Shown here: piece by piece, positions 37,885-46,583 of the stretch
Numbering within the stretch: the first letter of the stretch is position 1
Layout: each line of letters opens with the position of its first letter
NCBI GenBank assembly: GCA_035252155.1
Contig: DATFDL010000224.1
Coordinates: 2,984-66,983, forward strand
Direction of reading: 5' to 3'
Source of the DNA: Pirellulales bacterium
Lineage (GTDB): Bacteria > Planctomycetota > Planctomycetia > Pirellulales > JAICIG01
Length of the DNA: 64,000 nt
Program-made: the position numbers and the translations under genes
Notes under the pieces: generated by a model
The model's input: only the letters and a program-made list of their open reading frames with translations
Told to the model about the DNA's origin: nothing
Database searches by the model: none

Positions 37885-37936
37885 CATTTTGCATTTTACT
37901 TTTGCATTTTGCATTTCGGTCTTTGCAAATTTGCAC
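37885..37936. repeat. AT-rich cluster of five TTTGCA hexamers
   Basis: CATTTTGCATTTTACTTTTGCATTTTGCATTTCGGTCTTTGCAAATTTGCAC. Confidence 0.8.
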
Positions 37937-38201
37937 TCACCGTGCGCGGCGAAGCGCGGAAAAACCACTTACGGCGATCTACGAGAGAGGCCAGAGGTCG
38001 GAGGTCGGAGACCGGGGCAGGAGAAAAAAGCCAACGGGCTAACTAAAGGGTGCGCTGCCACCCCCTGACCCCCGACCTCTGAATCCCCACCCATTTCCTC
38101 GGCCCTCACCCAGCCTCTCCCGGAGGGGGCTTTGCACCGCAACCTCGCCAAAAACGGAGGTTGTTGGGCAGCCGCCAAGGTTGTTGTGCAGTGACCTCGG
38201 C

Positions 38202-38495
38202 TCAATTCTCGTCGCCCCCATTCAAGGGCAGCACAAACTCAACACCGATTTCCATTTGATTCTGGAGCGCCAGCAGACCATTGGCGAACTGGCGAAGGTC
38301 TTTATCGACGTTGGGTCGCTGTCGTAGATCCTTGCCACAAATCGGGCAGATCAACGCTCCATTGACCAACCCAGAGACCGGCACTTCGGCGTAGGCATCG
38401 CCACATTGCATGCACTTGATTCGCACTCGCTCCAATTCCTTGGCTGGAAACCGAATCAGCTTTTCCATGACCGTTCCCTTGGTTTTTCGCTTCAT
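38202..38495 (-). CDS. small zinc-ribbon protein
   Basis: CMQCG ... CPICG double CxxC motif. The start could be the internal MEKLIRF. Confidence 0.45.
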   Translation of the reverse strand: MKRKTKGTVMEKLIRFPAKELERVRIKCMQCGDAYAEVPVSGLVNGALICPICGKDLRQRPNVDKDLRQFANGLLALQNQMEIGVEFVLPLNGGDEN

Positions 38496-38502
38496 TCGCC
38501 CC

Positions 38503-38871
38503 CTAGTTACTCTGCTGGCTCAATTGCTCCCGCAGATCGTCTTCGTCTTCGGCATTGCCGTGGAACATCATCCCCGGCTCGCTTATGCCGATCTTGTGAG
38601 CCAAGTAGCCCATCCTGAAAAACTGATCTGCAAAATCCGGGTTCTCTGGCTCGTCGGCATGCTCAACCTCTCGGCAGAACCAAAGCCGATCACGGTCATC
38701 TTTGAGCAAAAAGCAACCTTCCTCTTGAACTTCGGCTTCTGAGCCAGCCCTGAAACAGCAACGGTAAAGCGGCATGTCATTTCTCCGCTGGAGAATGGTT
38801 GTGGTTGGCTCGCCGTTGATGGATCGAACCTCGACGGCGAAGTATCGCTTGATGATAGGGCTGGTCTGCAT
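38503..38871 (-). CDS. hypothetical acidic protein
   Basis: 122-aa ORF located 30 nt downstream of acr3, with island-like composition. No family recognised. Confidence 0.4.
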   Translation of the reverse strand: MQTSPIIKRYFAVEVRSINGEPTTTILQRRNDMPLYRCCFRAGSEAEVQEEGCFLLKDDRDRLWFCREVEHADEPENPDFADQFFRMGYLAHKIGISEPGMMFHGNAEDEDDLREQLSQQSN

Positions 38872-38901
38872 GATTTAGAAGAGTGTGCGGCAGCCGTTTT
38901 T

Positions 38902-39981
38902 TCATTCGGCAGATGGCACAGCGGATCGACCGACCGACCAGCCAAAATACCGCCGCTGGAAGTAGAGCGAAACGCTTACCAATCCAATCAAGACCGGCAC
39001 TTCCACCAGTGGACCAATCACTGCGGCAAACGCTTCGCCCGAATTGATCCCAAACACGGCGACAGCAACGGCGATAGCTAACTCAAAGTTGTTGCTGGCT
39101 GCCGTGAAAGAGACCGTCGCCGATTTGGAGTAGTCAGCACCGATCAACCGACCCATCCAAAAGCTGACCAAGAACATCACGACAAAGTAGATCAGCAACG
39201 GCACTGCGATGCGGATCACGTCGAAGGGAATCTGCACGATCAAGCTTCCCTTCAAGCTGAACATGACGAGGATTGTGAACAAGAGCGAGACCAAAGTAAT
39301 GGGGCTGATTGCAGGGATGAAGCGGCGATCGTACCATTCCTTGCCTTTCAGCCTGAGCAGCACGAAGCGAGAGATGATGCCTGCCAAGAAGGGGATGCCC
39401 AGGTAGATGAGAACGCTTTGAGCGATTTCAGCCATGCTGACTTGCACGACGCTGCCTGAAACGCCGAACAACGGCGGCAGTACGGTGATAAAGAACCAAG
39501 CGTAGGCGCTGTAAAAGAGGACTTGGAAAACGCTGTTGAACGCCACCAGCCCCGCAGCGTATTCGCTGTCCCCCTTGGCTAGCTCGTTCCAGACAATGAC
39601 CATCGCAATGCACCGAGCCAAGCCAATCATTATCAGCCCGACCATGTAGTCGGGCTGCTCTTGGAGGAACAGAAGCGCCAAACCGAACATGAGCACTGGA
39701 CCGATGAGCCAGTTCTGGACGAGCGATAACCCGAGAATCTTCCAGTCCCGAAACACCTCGCCCATTTCCTCGTAGCGGACTTTCGCCAGCGGCGGGTACA
39801 TCATCAGAATCAAGCCGATGGCAATAAGCACGTTCGTCGTGCCGATCTGAAACTGGTTGATGATCGTCTCGACGCTCGGAATAAAATGCCCGATAGCAAC
39901 TCCCGCAGCCATCGCCAAAAATATCCAGAGCGTCAGATACCGATCTAAGAACGCCAAGCGTTTTGTAGTTCCGTTACTCAT
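38902..39981 (-). CDS. acr3: ACR3 family arsenite efflux transporter
   Basis: [25 protein letters not shown]...[13 protein letters not shown] plus about 10 TM helices. Confidence 0.9.
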   Translation of the reverse strand: MSNGTTKRLAFLDRYLTLWIFLAMAAGVAIGHFIPSVETIINQFQIGTTNVLIAIGLILMMYPPLAKVRYEEMGEVFRDWKILGLSLVQNWLIGPVLMFGLALLFLQEQPDYMVGLIMIGLARCIAMVIVWNELAKGDSEYAAGLVAFNSVFQVLFYSAYAWFFITVLPPLFGVSGSVVQVSMAEIAQSVLIYLGIPFLAGIISRFVLLRLKGKEWYDRRFIPAISPITLVSLLFTILVMFSLKGSLIVQIPFDVIRIAVPLLIYFVVMFLVSFWMGRLIGADYSKSATVSFTAASNNFELAIAVAVAVFGINSGEAFAAVIGPLVEVPVLIGLVSVSLYFQRRYFGWSVGRSAVPSAE

Positions 39982-40411
39982 TTGTTTTCCTTTCTAGGTT
40001 GTCGGGCAGATGCTCGACGAATGTTTTGATTTCATCCCGGATTCGGCGGTAATGGTTCAGAGCTTCTTCATCCGTTTTGGCGTCTCTCGCTAGCCGTGGC
40101 GGGTCATCGAAGCCGACGTGAACGATTCGAGCGCCGGGCAAGACAGGGCAGCTTTCGTGGGCGTGATCGCAAACGGTTACGACATAATCGAAGGTAATGT
40201 CTGCTAGTTCATCCACGTGCTTTGAGTGCTGGTTTGAGATGTCTATGCCGGACTCAGCCATAACTTGGATGGCTCGCTCGTTCATGCCATGAGGATCGAC
40301 ACCCGCCGAGTACGCCTCGATGCAATCAGCCTTGAGTGCCTTTGCCCAACCCTCAGCCATCTGGCTTCGGCAGGAATTTCCGGTGCATAAAAAGAGGATT
40401 CTTGTTTTCAT
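39974..40411 (-). CDS. arsC: arsenate reductase, LMW-PTPase (thioredoxin-coupled) type
   Basis: [18 protein letters not shown]-loop (CX5R). Overlaps the acr3 start by 8 nt. Confidence 0.9.
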   Translation of the reverse strand: MKTRILFLCTGNSCRSQMAEGWAKALKADCIEAYSAGVDPHGMNERAIQVMAESGIDISNQHSKHVDELADITFDYVVTVCDHAHESCPVLPGARIVHVGFDDPPRLARDAKTDEEALNHYRRIRDEIKTFVEHLPDNLERKTNE

Positions 40412-40428
40412 ATTTGCTTAGGCGAATG

Positions 40429-40441
40429 TTCGTTTGACGAA
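40429..40441. promoter_or_regulatory. palindrome TTCGTTTGACGAA upstream of arsC (ArsR-operator-like)
   Basis: Inverted half-sites TTCGT/ACGAA lie 18 nt upstream of the arsC ATG. Same motif as 40825-40840. Confidence 0.35.
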
Positions 40442-40467
40442 TAGAATGTCCTTGGTCGCAGTAGGGT

Positions 40468-40824
40468 TTAGTCGCAGCAACCAGTTTTGCCGCAGAGCTT
40501 CAGTTTCTCGGCGTCTCGACTAAACTGAGGCAAGTCCTCATCGCAGGCTGCCAAACAATCGAGCAGCTTGGATCGCAGAGGCGACGGATTGCTTGCCAAG
40601 CGGTAATACGCCCAGTGCCCCTCTTTGCGTGCCTGCACCAGACCCGCTCGTCGCAGGTAAGCCAAATGGCGTGAGACCTTCGGTTGTGGCACATTCAGGA
40701 CAGCGACCAGATCGCAAACACAAACCTCGCCGCTTCGCAGCAGATTGAGGATGCGCAACCGAGTGCGGTCAGCCATCGCTCTAAAGACCAACTCGACGGG
40801 TCGCTGTTTTGCCTTCGTTTTCAT
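40468..40824 (-). CDS. arsR: ArsR/SmtB family transcriptional repressor
   Basis: FRAMADRTRLRILNLLRSGEVCVCDLVAVLNVPQPKVSRHLAYLRRAGLV (HTH with a CVC metal site) and a C-terminal CGKTGCC. Confidence 0.9.
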   Translation of the reverse strand: MKTKAKQRPVELVFRAMADRTRLRILNLLRSGEVCVCDLVAVLNVPQPKVSRHLAYLRRAGLVQARKEGHWAYYRLASNPSPLRSKLLDCLAACDEDLPQFSRDAEKLKLCGKTGCCD

Positions 40825-40840
40825 ATTCGTTTAGACGAAT
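40825..40840. promoter_or_regulatory. palindrome ATTCGTTTAGACGAAT abutting the arsR start (ArsR-operator-like)
   Basis: Inverted half-sites ATTCGT/ACGAAT sit immediately upstream of the arsR ATG. Confidence 0.35.
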
Positions 40841-40863
40841 GTTAGCAGAACCGACAGAACCCG

Positions 40864-42129
40864 TCAACCATCTGACGAAAATGTTTGCGGAGCTTCAGAC
40901 TCCTTCTCGTGAAAGAATTCGGGCTCGATGCCCAATTCATACATTTCCTGTATCAAGACACAGATGTTGTGGCATAGCAGCTTGCACAGAACCTCGTTCA
41001 CCATCGCCACGTCGGTCTTGCTCCGAATGTGGTCACGGAACTTGGTCTTAATCATCATGAAGGTGCTCTCAACATTGCTCCGCTGATGGTAATGCTTAAG
41101 AAACTCCTCTCGCTTAAACTTAAAGTAATGATACATCTTTGCCCATAGACCACCGCCTTTTCCCGTGTGAATCGCCTTGAAGCAGATGTAGGGCACTGCT
41201 CCATAAGCGGCGACCGTGTTCGTGTTCTTAATGCTGGCATAGCCCTTGTCTGCGCAAACTTCCTCCATCGTAAAGTTCTCGGCGGTTGTTTTAACCAGAT
41301 CGGGCAACAACTTGGTGTCGCTGGCATCCTTGTCCCGGATCTCGACCGCCGTTACAACATTTGTTTTGACGCCGCACATGATATGGACCTTCACCCACTC
41401 ATGCTGGCGGCGCTCGACCCCGTTCCGGTGATCGAGCCACTTAATGAACCTTGAAGTCGTGAAGCCAGTGCTGTCGGCAGCGAACACCGTCTCGACTTCC
41501 TTAAGTGGCAGGCTCGCCATGACGATCAAATCCCGCAGAACTGGCGTGATTTCAGGGTTTTGCAGATAGTTAAAGATCGAGTTGAAGTGGGGCACTCGGC
41601 TGATATAGCCTTTCTCTTTGGCTTCCCGCAGGTCGGTCATAAAGCGCCGACCACTGACCGTGCTGTAAATCTTAAATGTTGCAGCGAAGATGGCATCACC
41701 GAGCGGCAAGAACGGTCGCCCGCCCTTGGGCTGCTCCCGCTTGGGTTCATCAATCGTCCCGCATAGATCCGCCAGAAGTTGTTGGAACTTGGCTTTCTCG
41801 TTGGTTTGGGCAGCATTATATGCCCTCCAAACTTGCGGATAGGTCTTGCGTTCCTTGATCTCGACCGAGTTCGTCACGATCTCGCTCCCATCCGGGCTTT
41901 TTTCCCGCTTGATGAGGAACTCGACGGCGAAGATGTGCTTGCACTTACCGCCCCGAGTCTCGTGGTCTGGACAGGTGCAATGTGGGTTGCTGGGGTCGGG
42001 GCAGACTGTATACCTGCCCTTGCCCGATTGCGACGGGACGAGGTAAACGCCGCCCTTCTGCTCAATCCTGCACATCGCAGCGATGCGGAGTCCCCGTTGT
42101 TCCCGAACGTCCAGATTGGCTGTTTCCAT
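40864..42129 (-). CDS. DDE transposase (IS5/IS4-like) with N-terminal SWIM zinc finger
   Basis: CTCPDHETRGGKCKHIFA (SWIM). FAADSTGF, CADKGY and YHQRSNVESTFMMIKTKF match DDE_Tnp_1-type motifs. I could not identify terminal inverted repeats for a discrete IS. Confidence 0.8.
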   Translation of the reverse strand: METANLDVREQRGLRIAAMCRIEQKGGVYLVPSQSGKGRYTVCPDPSNPHCTCPDHETRGGKCKHIFAVEFLIKREKSPDGSEIVTNSVEIKERKTYPQVWRAYNAAQTNEKAKFQQLLADLCGTIDEPKREQPKGGRPFLPLGDAIFAATFKIYSTVSGRRFMTDLREAKEKGYISRVPHFNSIFNYLQNPEITPVLRDLIVMASLPLKEVETVFAADSTGFTTSRFIKWLDHRNGVERRQHEWVKVHIMCGVKTNVVTAVEIRDKDASDTKLLPDLVKTTAENFTMEEVCADKGYASIKNTNTVAAYGAVPYICFKAIHTGKGGGLWAKMYHYFKFKREEFLKHYHQRSNVESTFMMIKTKFRDHIRSKTDVAMVNEVLCKLLCHNICVLIQEMYELGIEPEFFHEKESEAPQTFSSDG

Positions 42130-42251
42130 TGGGTTGAACCTCTTACCTTGTAGTATATACCTACAAGTAATATACGGCTCGGTTTACCCAGTGTAAAGCA
42201 CTTCGACGGTTTTACTGGACGGAATATGCCGCCAGTAATATACTGTGAGGT

Positions 42252-42404
42252 ATGGCGAAAAAGATCCAACTCTGGGGCTGGTCGTGCCTCCGCTGTGGGC
42301 ATACATGGCTGCCTCGTAACAAGGACGAACAGCCGAGGGTCTGCCCAAAATGCAAGAGTCCCTACTGGGATCGCCCCAGAGAGTCGGAGAAGCGCAAAGA
42401 TTGA
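42252..42404 (+). CDS. 50-aa zinc-ribbon protein
   Basis: MAKKIQLWGWSCLRCGHTWLPRNKDEQPRVCPKCKSPYWDRPRESEKRKD. It is below the track length cut-off and has two CxxC pairs. Confidence 0.45.
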   Translation: MAKKIQLWGWSCLRCGHTWLPRNKDEQPRVCPKCKSPYWDRPRESEKRKD

Positions 42405-42520
42405 TGGCGCAAACCTTTGGCTATCAATGGCTTGCGACAGGCACAAAAATTCCGGTGCGGCTCGTTGACTTTGTCGAGCCAGTCGTCTAAGTTAACCCAT
42501 AGTTGATTGCTCAAAAGACG

Positions 42521-42593
42521 TTGCGGGGGAGGGAATTGAACCCTCATTCGACGCTTTAAAGGCGTTCGTCCTACCCAATTAGACGACCCCGCA
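42521..42593 (-). tRNA. tRNA with anticodon TTA (reads UAA; ochre-suppressor type)
   Basis: Reverse strand: TGCGGGG TC GTC-TAATTGGGTAG-GAC G AACGC-CTTTAAA-GCGTC GAAT GAGGG-TTCAATT-CCCTC CCCCGCA A. It has a perfect 7-bp acceptor (U1-A72), a perfect T arm, U33, A36-A37-A38 and A73. Confidence 0.75.
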
Positions 42594-42740
42594 AGCCTTT
42601 TGAAAAAACAGCAACCAGAGCCGGGGAAGCGCACAGCGACCCCGCAGGCAAAATGCCTGACTTTGCCAGAGCGCTCCGGTGGCTAAGGCAAAGGCTCGGT
42701 GGGATTTCCAAGGTCCGTCTACCGAGCCTTTTTTATGCGC

Positions 42741-43148
42741 TCATTTTCGTTTTGAGTAGATCGTCGCTCTCCTCCCTTTGCCGAGTTCGACCATAGTAAT
42801 CGTGCCCTCGCTGGACAGCTTCTTCAAGTGCCCCGATAGCGCCGGTTGATCGACTTCGCCGCCGTGCTCCTCGATGAACTTCTGCACCTCCCTGATGGTG
42901 AAGTGCTCGTCGCTGGGGAGCTTGGCGATGGCCTGCATGACCATATCCCGCCAGCCACGTATCACGCCTTGGGCACTGGCGTGCCCGTTAATCATTTGTG
43001 GCGGGGGCATGTTCTTGTTGAACAGCGCCCAAGTAGTATCGAGAGCCTCGATCTTACGCTGGCTTTCTTCTTCGATGACTTGTCGGGCCTTCAAATAATC
43101 CTGCCGGGTCATATTGGCATGATAGGACTTATGCCGACGAGCCGTCAA
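42741..43148 (-). CDS. hypothetical protein with a possible C-terminal winged-helix
   Basis: 135-aa ORF with island-like composition. The C-terminus LSGHLKKLSSEGTITMVELGKGRRATIYSK is wHTH-like. Confidence 0.45.
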   Translation of the reverse strand: MTARRHKSYHANMTRQDYLKARQVIEEESQRKIEALDTTWALFNKNMPPPQMINGHASAQGVIRGWRDMVMQAIAKLPSDEHFTIREVQKFIEEHGGEVDQPALSGHLKKLSSEGTITMVELGKGRRATIYSKRK

Positions 43149-43677
43149 GTAGCCCCAGAAGAATTTTCTTGGGAGGTAGTTGTGGGGCAGAATACTAGCT
43201 TATTGGGCAGGACGAGGTTGCTGTGCAAAGCCCCCGGAGGGAGAGGAGACGAGGCGAAGGGGCGACACGGCGACACGGCGAGGGGGCGACAAGGCGATGC
43301 TCCCTGACTGCCGAATCCTGAATGCCGAATCCTTGAACCAGCGCTTGCGTAAGCGGTGATTGATATTTTGCAAGGTCGCCCTAAACGTGCATGGTGCAGC
43401 AGCTTGCGAGTGCAGAGCAGCCGCGGGTGGCCCTGTTCTTCGCAAGCAAATCGATGCGGCCGGGCACGATGAACGAAATCGGAGTGACAGCCGCAACGCA
43501 ATCGCAGTGCGATTGGCTCATCGCTTGACCGGCCGGTGGTCGCGGCATCTATTAACGCTTGTTGACGCGCCGATCATGCGATCGTGACTAAGTGCCTAAC
43601 CGACAACCGGCAGGCAGTCCTGACGCCCGCACCAGAACGCCGGTTCTCGAATAGGCTCGAAGTATGAGGAGCTCAAA

Positions 43678-45069
43678 TTGAAATTCAGCCGGCGGAATCT
43701 GATCGAGATCGGCTTCTCCTCGGCGTTGGGAGCGGCAATGACTACCTGGCCGCAACGAGCTGGCGCCGCTACGGAGCAGGTGGGCGTGGCCGGTCCGCCA
43801 CCGCCGCGGGCCAAGTCGGTGCTGTTTCTGTTCCTCTTCGGCGGTCCTAGCCATCTCGACACATTTGATCCGAAACCCCATGCGCCCGACGAAGTCCGCG
43901 GGGAATTTCAGACCATTGCCACCGCGATCAGCGGCTTGCGGATCTGCGAACATCTGCCGTTGTTCGCCCAGCGCATGAACCGCTGGGCACTGGTTCGCTC
44001 GATGACCTGCAACCCGAGTTTTGGCGACCACCGGCTGGCGGTCCACGGCCTTTTGGGTGGCATCGACGAGCTGCCCGCCGGCGCAGGACTGGCCGCCTCG
44101 CGGCGCGATTGGCCCTCGTGGTGTGCGGGCGTCGAGTATGCGCGGGGCGGAGGCGATACCTTTCCCGCCAGCGTCATGCTGCCTGGCGAAGTGGTCGATC
44201 CGGGCACGGGTCTCTATCCGGGACAAAACGGCGGGTTGCTCGGCTCGCAATGCGATCCTTATCAGGTTCGCGATAACCCGGCTGATCCCAAATACCTGGT
44301 CGATGCGAGCCTGCGGATGCCGCCCGGGATTACGATCGAACGTTTGGCGTCGAAACACGCCCTGTTGGTCGATCTCGAACGGCAACAAACCCGCTTAGGG
44401 GCCGCGGACGCCGGCTCGTACGATGACCGTCGCCGCGAAGCATTCCGAGTGTTGACCAGTGGGCGATTGTCACAGGCACTCGATGTGGCGCAGGAACCGC
44501 AAGCGGTCCGCGACCGCTATGGCCGGCACATGTTCGGTCAGTCGATGCTCATGGCGCGGCGGCTCATCGAGGCCGGCGTGCCGATCGTGCAGGCCAATGT
44601 CAGCTATCAAGCCCTTTGGGACACGCATTACAACAATTTCGTCGCTTTACGCGACCTGTTGCCGCACCTCGACCGCGCGGTATCGAATTTGACCGACGAT
44701 ATGCAAGCCAGCGGCCTGCTCGATGAAACGCTGATTGTGATGATGGGCGAGTTCGGTCGCACGCCCAAACTGGCGATGCCCAACGGCTCGGTCCCCTACT
44801 TTACCAGCCCGGGCCGCGATCACTGGATGACATGCTTCTTTGGCCTCTTTGCCGGGGCAGGGGTGCGCGGCGGCCAGGTTATCGGTCGGTCGGATGCGAT
44901 CGGCGCCCACCCGGTGACGCGGTGCTACAGGCATTCCGACGTTGCCGCTACCGTCTACTCAGCATTGGGAATCGATCCGGCGATGGAAATTCACGATGCA
45001 CTCGGGCGCCCTTTGCGGCTCAACAGCGGCCAGGCGATCGAGGCGTTGTACACCGGCCACGAGGCATGA
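43678..45069 (+). CDS. DUF1501 domain-containing protein (no DUF1549/1553 partner)
   Basis: TTG start after GAGGA, Tat-like RRNLIEIGFSSALGAA, plus ALWDTHYNNF and GEFGRTPK motifs. Confidence 0.9.
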   Translation: MKFSRRNLIEIGFSSALGAAMTTWPQRAGAATEQVGVAGPPPPRAKSVLFLFLFGGPSHLDTFDPKPHAPDEVRGEFQTIATAISGLRICEHLPLFAQRMNRWALVRSMTCNPSFGDHRLAVHGLLGGIDELPAGAGLAASRRDWPSWCAGVEYARGGGDTFPASVMLPGEVVDPGTGLYPGQNGGLLGSQCDPYQVRDNPADPKYLVDASLRMPPGITIERLASKHALLVDLERQQTRLGAADAGSYDDRRREAFRVLTSGRLSQALDVAQEPQAVRDRYGRHMFGQSMLMARRLIEAGVPIVQANVSYQALWDTHYNNFVALRDLLPHLDRAVSNLTDDMQASGLLDETLIVMMGEFGRTPKLAMPNGSVPYFTSPGRDHWMTCFFGLFAGAGVRGGQVIGRSDAIGAHPVTRCYRHSDVAATVYSALGIDPAMEIHDALGRPLRLNSGQAIEALYTGHEA

Positions 45070-45108
45070 GGTAGCAGGAACGCTTGTCAACGAGCGGAGG
45101 ATCTTGCT

Positions 45109-46521
45109 TTGAGACGCGAATCACTGCCAGCGGCCCTGCTGCTCGTCGCGATCTGGGCCTTGCCGATTCGCGCGGAAGAAAGCAAGGAGGTGAATCAACC
45201 GCCACGGACGACCGGCAAGGCGGAGCAATCCAATCGATGGCCGCAGTTTCGCGGCCCCAACGCGCGGGGCGTTGGCGAAGGTACGAATCTGCCCGATCGC
45301 TGGTCGGCGGTGGAAAACGTGGCCTGGAAACGCGACATTCCCGGCCGGGGCTGGTCGTCTCCGATCGTCTGGGGAAGCCGCGTGTTCTTGACGACGGTCA
45401 TCAATACGGGCGAGTCGGAAGAACCGACCAAAGGACTCTACCTCGGCGGCGAGCGACTGATCCCGCCGACGTCGGTCCATCGTTGGATGGTGTATTGCCT
45501 CGATCTCGATTCGGGAAATGTTGTCTGGGAGCGGCAAGTCCATCAAGGGGAACCGGCGACGGCCATCCACATTAAAAACAGCTACGCCTCGGAGACGCCC
45601 GTAACCGACGGTGAGCGAGTCTACTGTTACTTCGGCAATCTGGGCATTGTCGCCTTCGACTTCGACGGTCGGGAAGTCTGGAAGGTCGCCCTACCGCCGC
45701 ATGCGACCCGTTTTGGCTGGGGAATGGCGGCGTCGCCGGTGCTGTACCGCGATCGGATTTACCTGGTCAATGACAACGAAGAGGATTCCTATCTGCTCGC
45801 CTTGGATGCCAAGACCAGCAACGAAGTCTGGCGAATCGCCCGTGACGAAAAAAGCAACTGGGCCACGCCGTTTGTTTGGGAGAACAGCGGACGCACGGAG
45901 ATCGTTACACCGGGCACGGGCCTCGTGCGGTCTTATGATCTGGGCGGCAACTTGCTCTGGTCGATGAAAGGCATGTCGAGCATCACCATCGCGACGCCAT
46001 ATCAGCACGAACGCTTGCTCATGGTCAGCTCCGGTTACGTCAATGACCTCTTCCGGCCGATCTACGCCATTCGGCCCGGAGCCGACGGCGACATCTCGTT
46101 GCTGCCCGGGCAGACGTCGAACGATTTCATCGCCTGGTGCAATCCCACGGCCGGTCCCTATAACCCGACCACGCTGGTTTATGATGACCGAATGTACGTC
46201 CTCCACGATCGCGGATTCCTCGCCTGCTTCGATCCTCGCAACGGCGAAGAGATCTATGGCATGCAACGGCTGCCGAATGGCCGAGGGTTTACGTCATCGC
46301 CCTGGGCCTACGATGGTAAGGTATTCTGCATCAACGAAGATGGCGTGACGTTCGTGCTCAAAGCCGGCGATGAGTTCGAGCTGCTGCACACGAATACGTT
46401 GGCCGACGACGACATGGCGATGGCGACTCCGGCCATGGTTGGAGACCGGCTGTTGATTCGGACGTCGGCGCGGCTCTACTGCATTAGCAAAGCCGCGAAG
46501 CTCAGCCGTCGGCGACGATGA
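45109..46521 (+). CDS. PQQ-like (BamB-type) beta-propeller repeat protein
   Basis: TTG start after GGAGG and a signal peptide. WPQFRGPNARG...WKRDIPGRGWSSPIVWGSRVFLTT is typical of PQQ-like repeat proteins. Confidence 0.8.
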   Translation: MRRESLPAALLLVAIWALPIRAEESKEVNQPPRTTGKAEQSNRWPQFRGPNARGVGEGTNLPDRWSAVENVAWKRDIPGRGWSSPIVWGSRVFLTTVINTGESEEPTKGLYLGGERLIPPTSVHRWMVYCLDLDSGNVVWERQVHQGEPATAIHIKNSYASETPVTDGERVYCYFGNLGIVAFDFDGREVWKVALPPHATRFGWGMAASPVLYRDRIYLVNDNEEDSYLLALDAKTSNEVWRIARDEKSNWATPFVWENSGRTEIVTPGTGLVRSYDLGGNLLWSMKGMSSITIATPYQHERLLMVSSGYVNDLFRPIYAIRPGADGDISLLPGQTSNDFIAWCNPTAGPYNPTTLVYDDRMYVLHDRGFLACFDPRNGEEIYGMQRLPNGRGFTSSPWAYDGKVFCINEDGVTFVLKAGDEFELLHTNTLADDDMAMATPAMVGDRLLIRTSARLYCISKAAKLSRRRR

Positions 46522-46583
46522 GGGCTGCGAGACCCAGTCGTGATTGTTCGGCAGTAGTTCTAACCAGCAGGAGAAAAAAACCA

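Larger units (their letters stand above)
38114..43246. mobile_element. AT-richer ~5-kb island bounded by 36-nt imperfect inverted repeats (ars operon, transposase, tRNA-UUA)
   Basis: 38114-38149 (CCTCTCCCGGAGGGGGCTTTGCACCGCAACCTCGCC) matches the reverse complement of 43211-43246 at 31 of 36 positions. Composition shifts visibly at both ends. Confidence 0.55.

Noticed and set aside
37213-38046. A 277-aa ORF with a long Pro/Ser-rich C-terminus.
   Set aside because: It results from the HEPN frameshift reading on through non-coding repeat DNA. The conserved HEPN C-terminus is in another frame and ends at 37673.
40864-42240. The transposase gene as a discrete IS element with its own terminal inverted repeats.
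   Set aside because: I found only a local palindrome (CTTGTAG-TATATAC-CTACAAG, about 42148-42168) and no matching ends, so I annotated the gene and the larger IR-bounded island only.
42226-42468. The 80-aa track ORF next to the transposase.
   Set aside because: A different frame gives a cleaner 50-aa double-CxxC zinc-ribbon protein (42252-42404), and the 80-aa translation is Arg/Ser-rich with no features.
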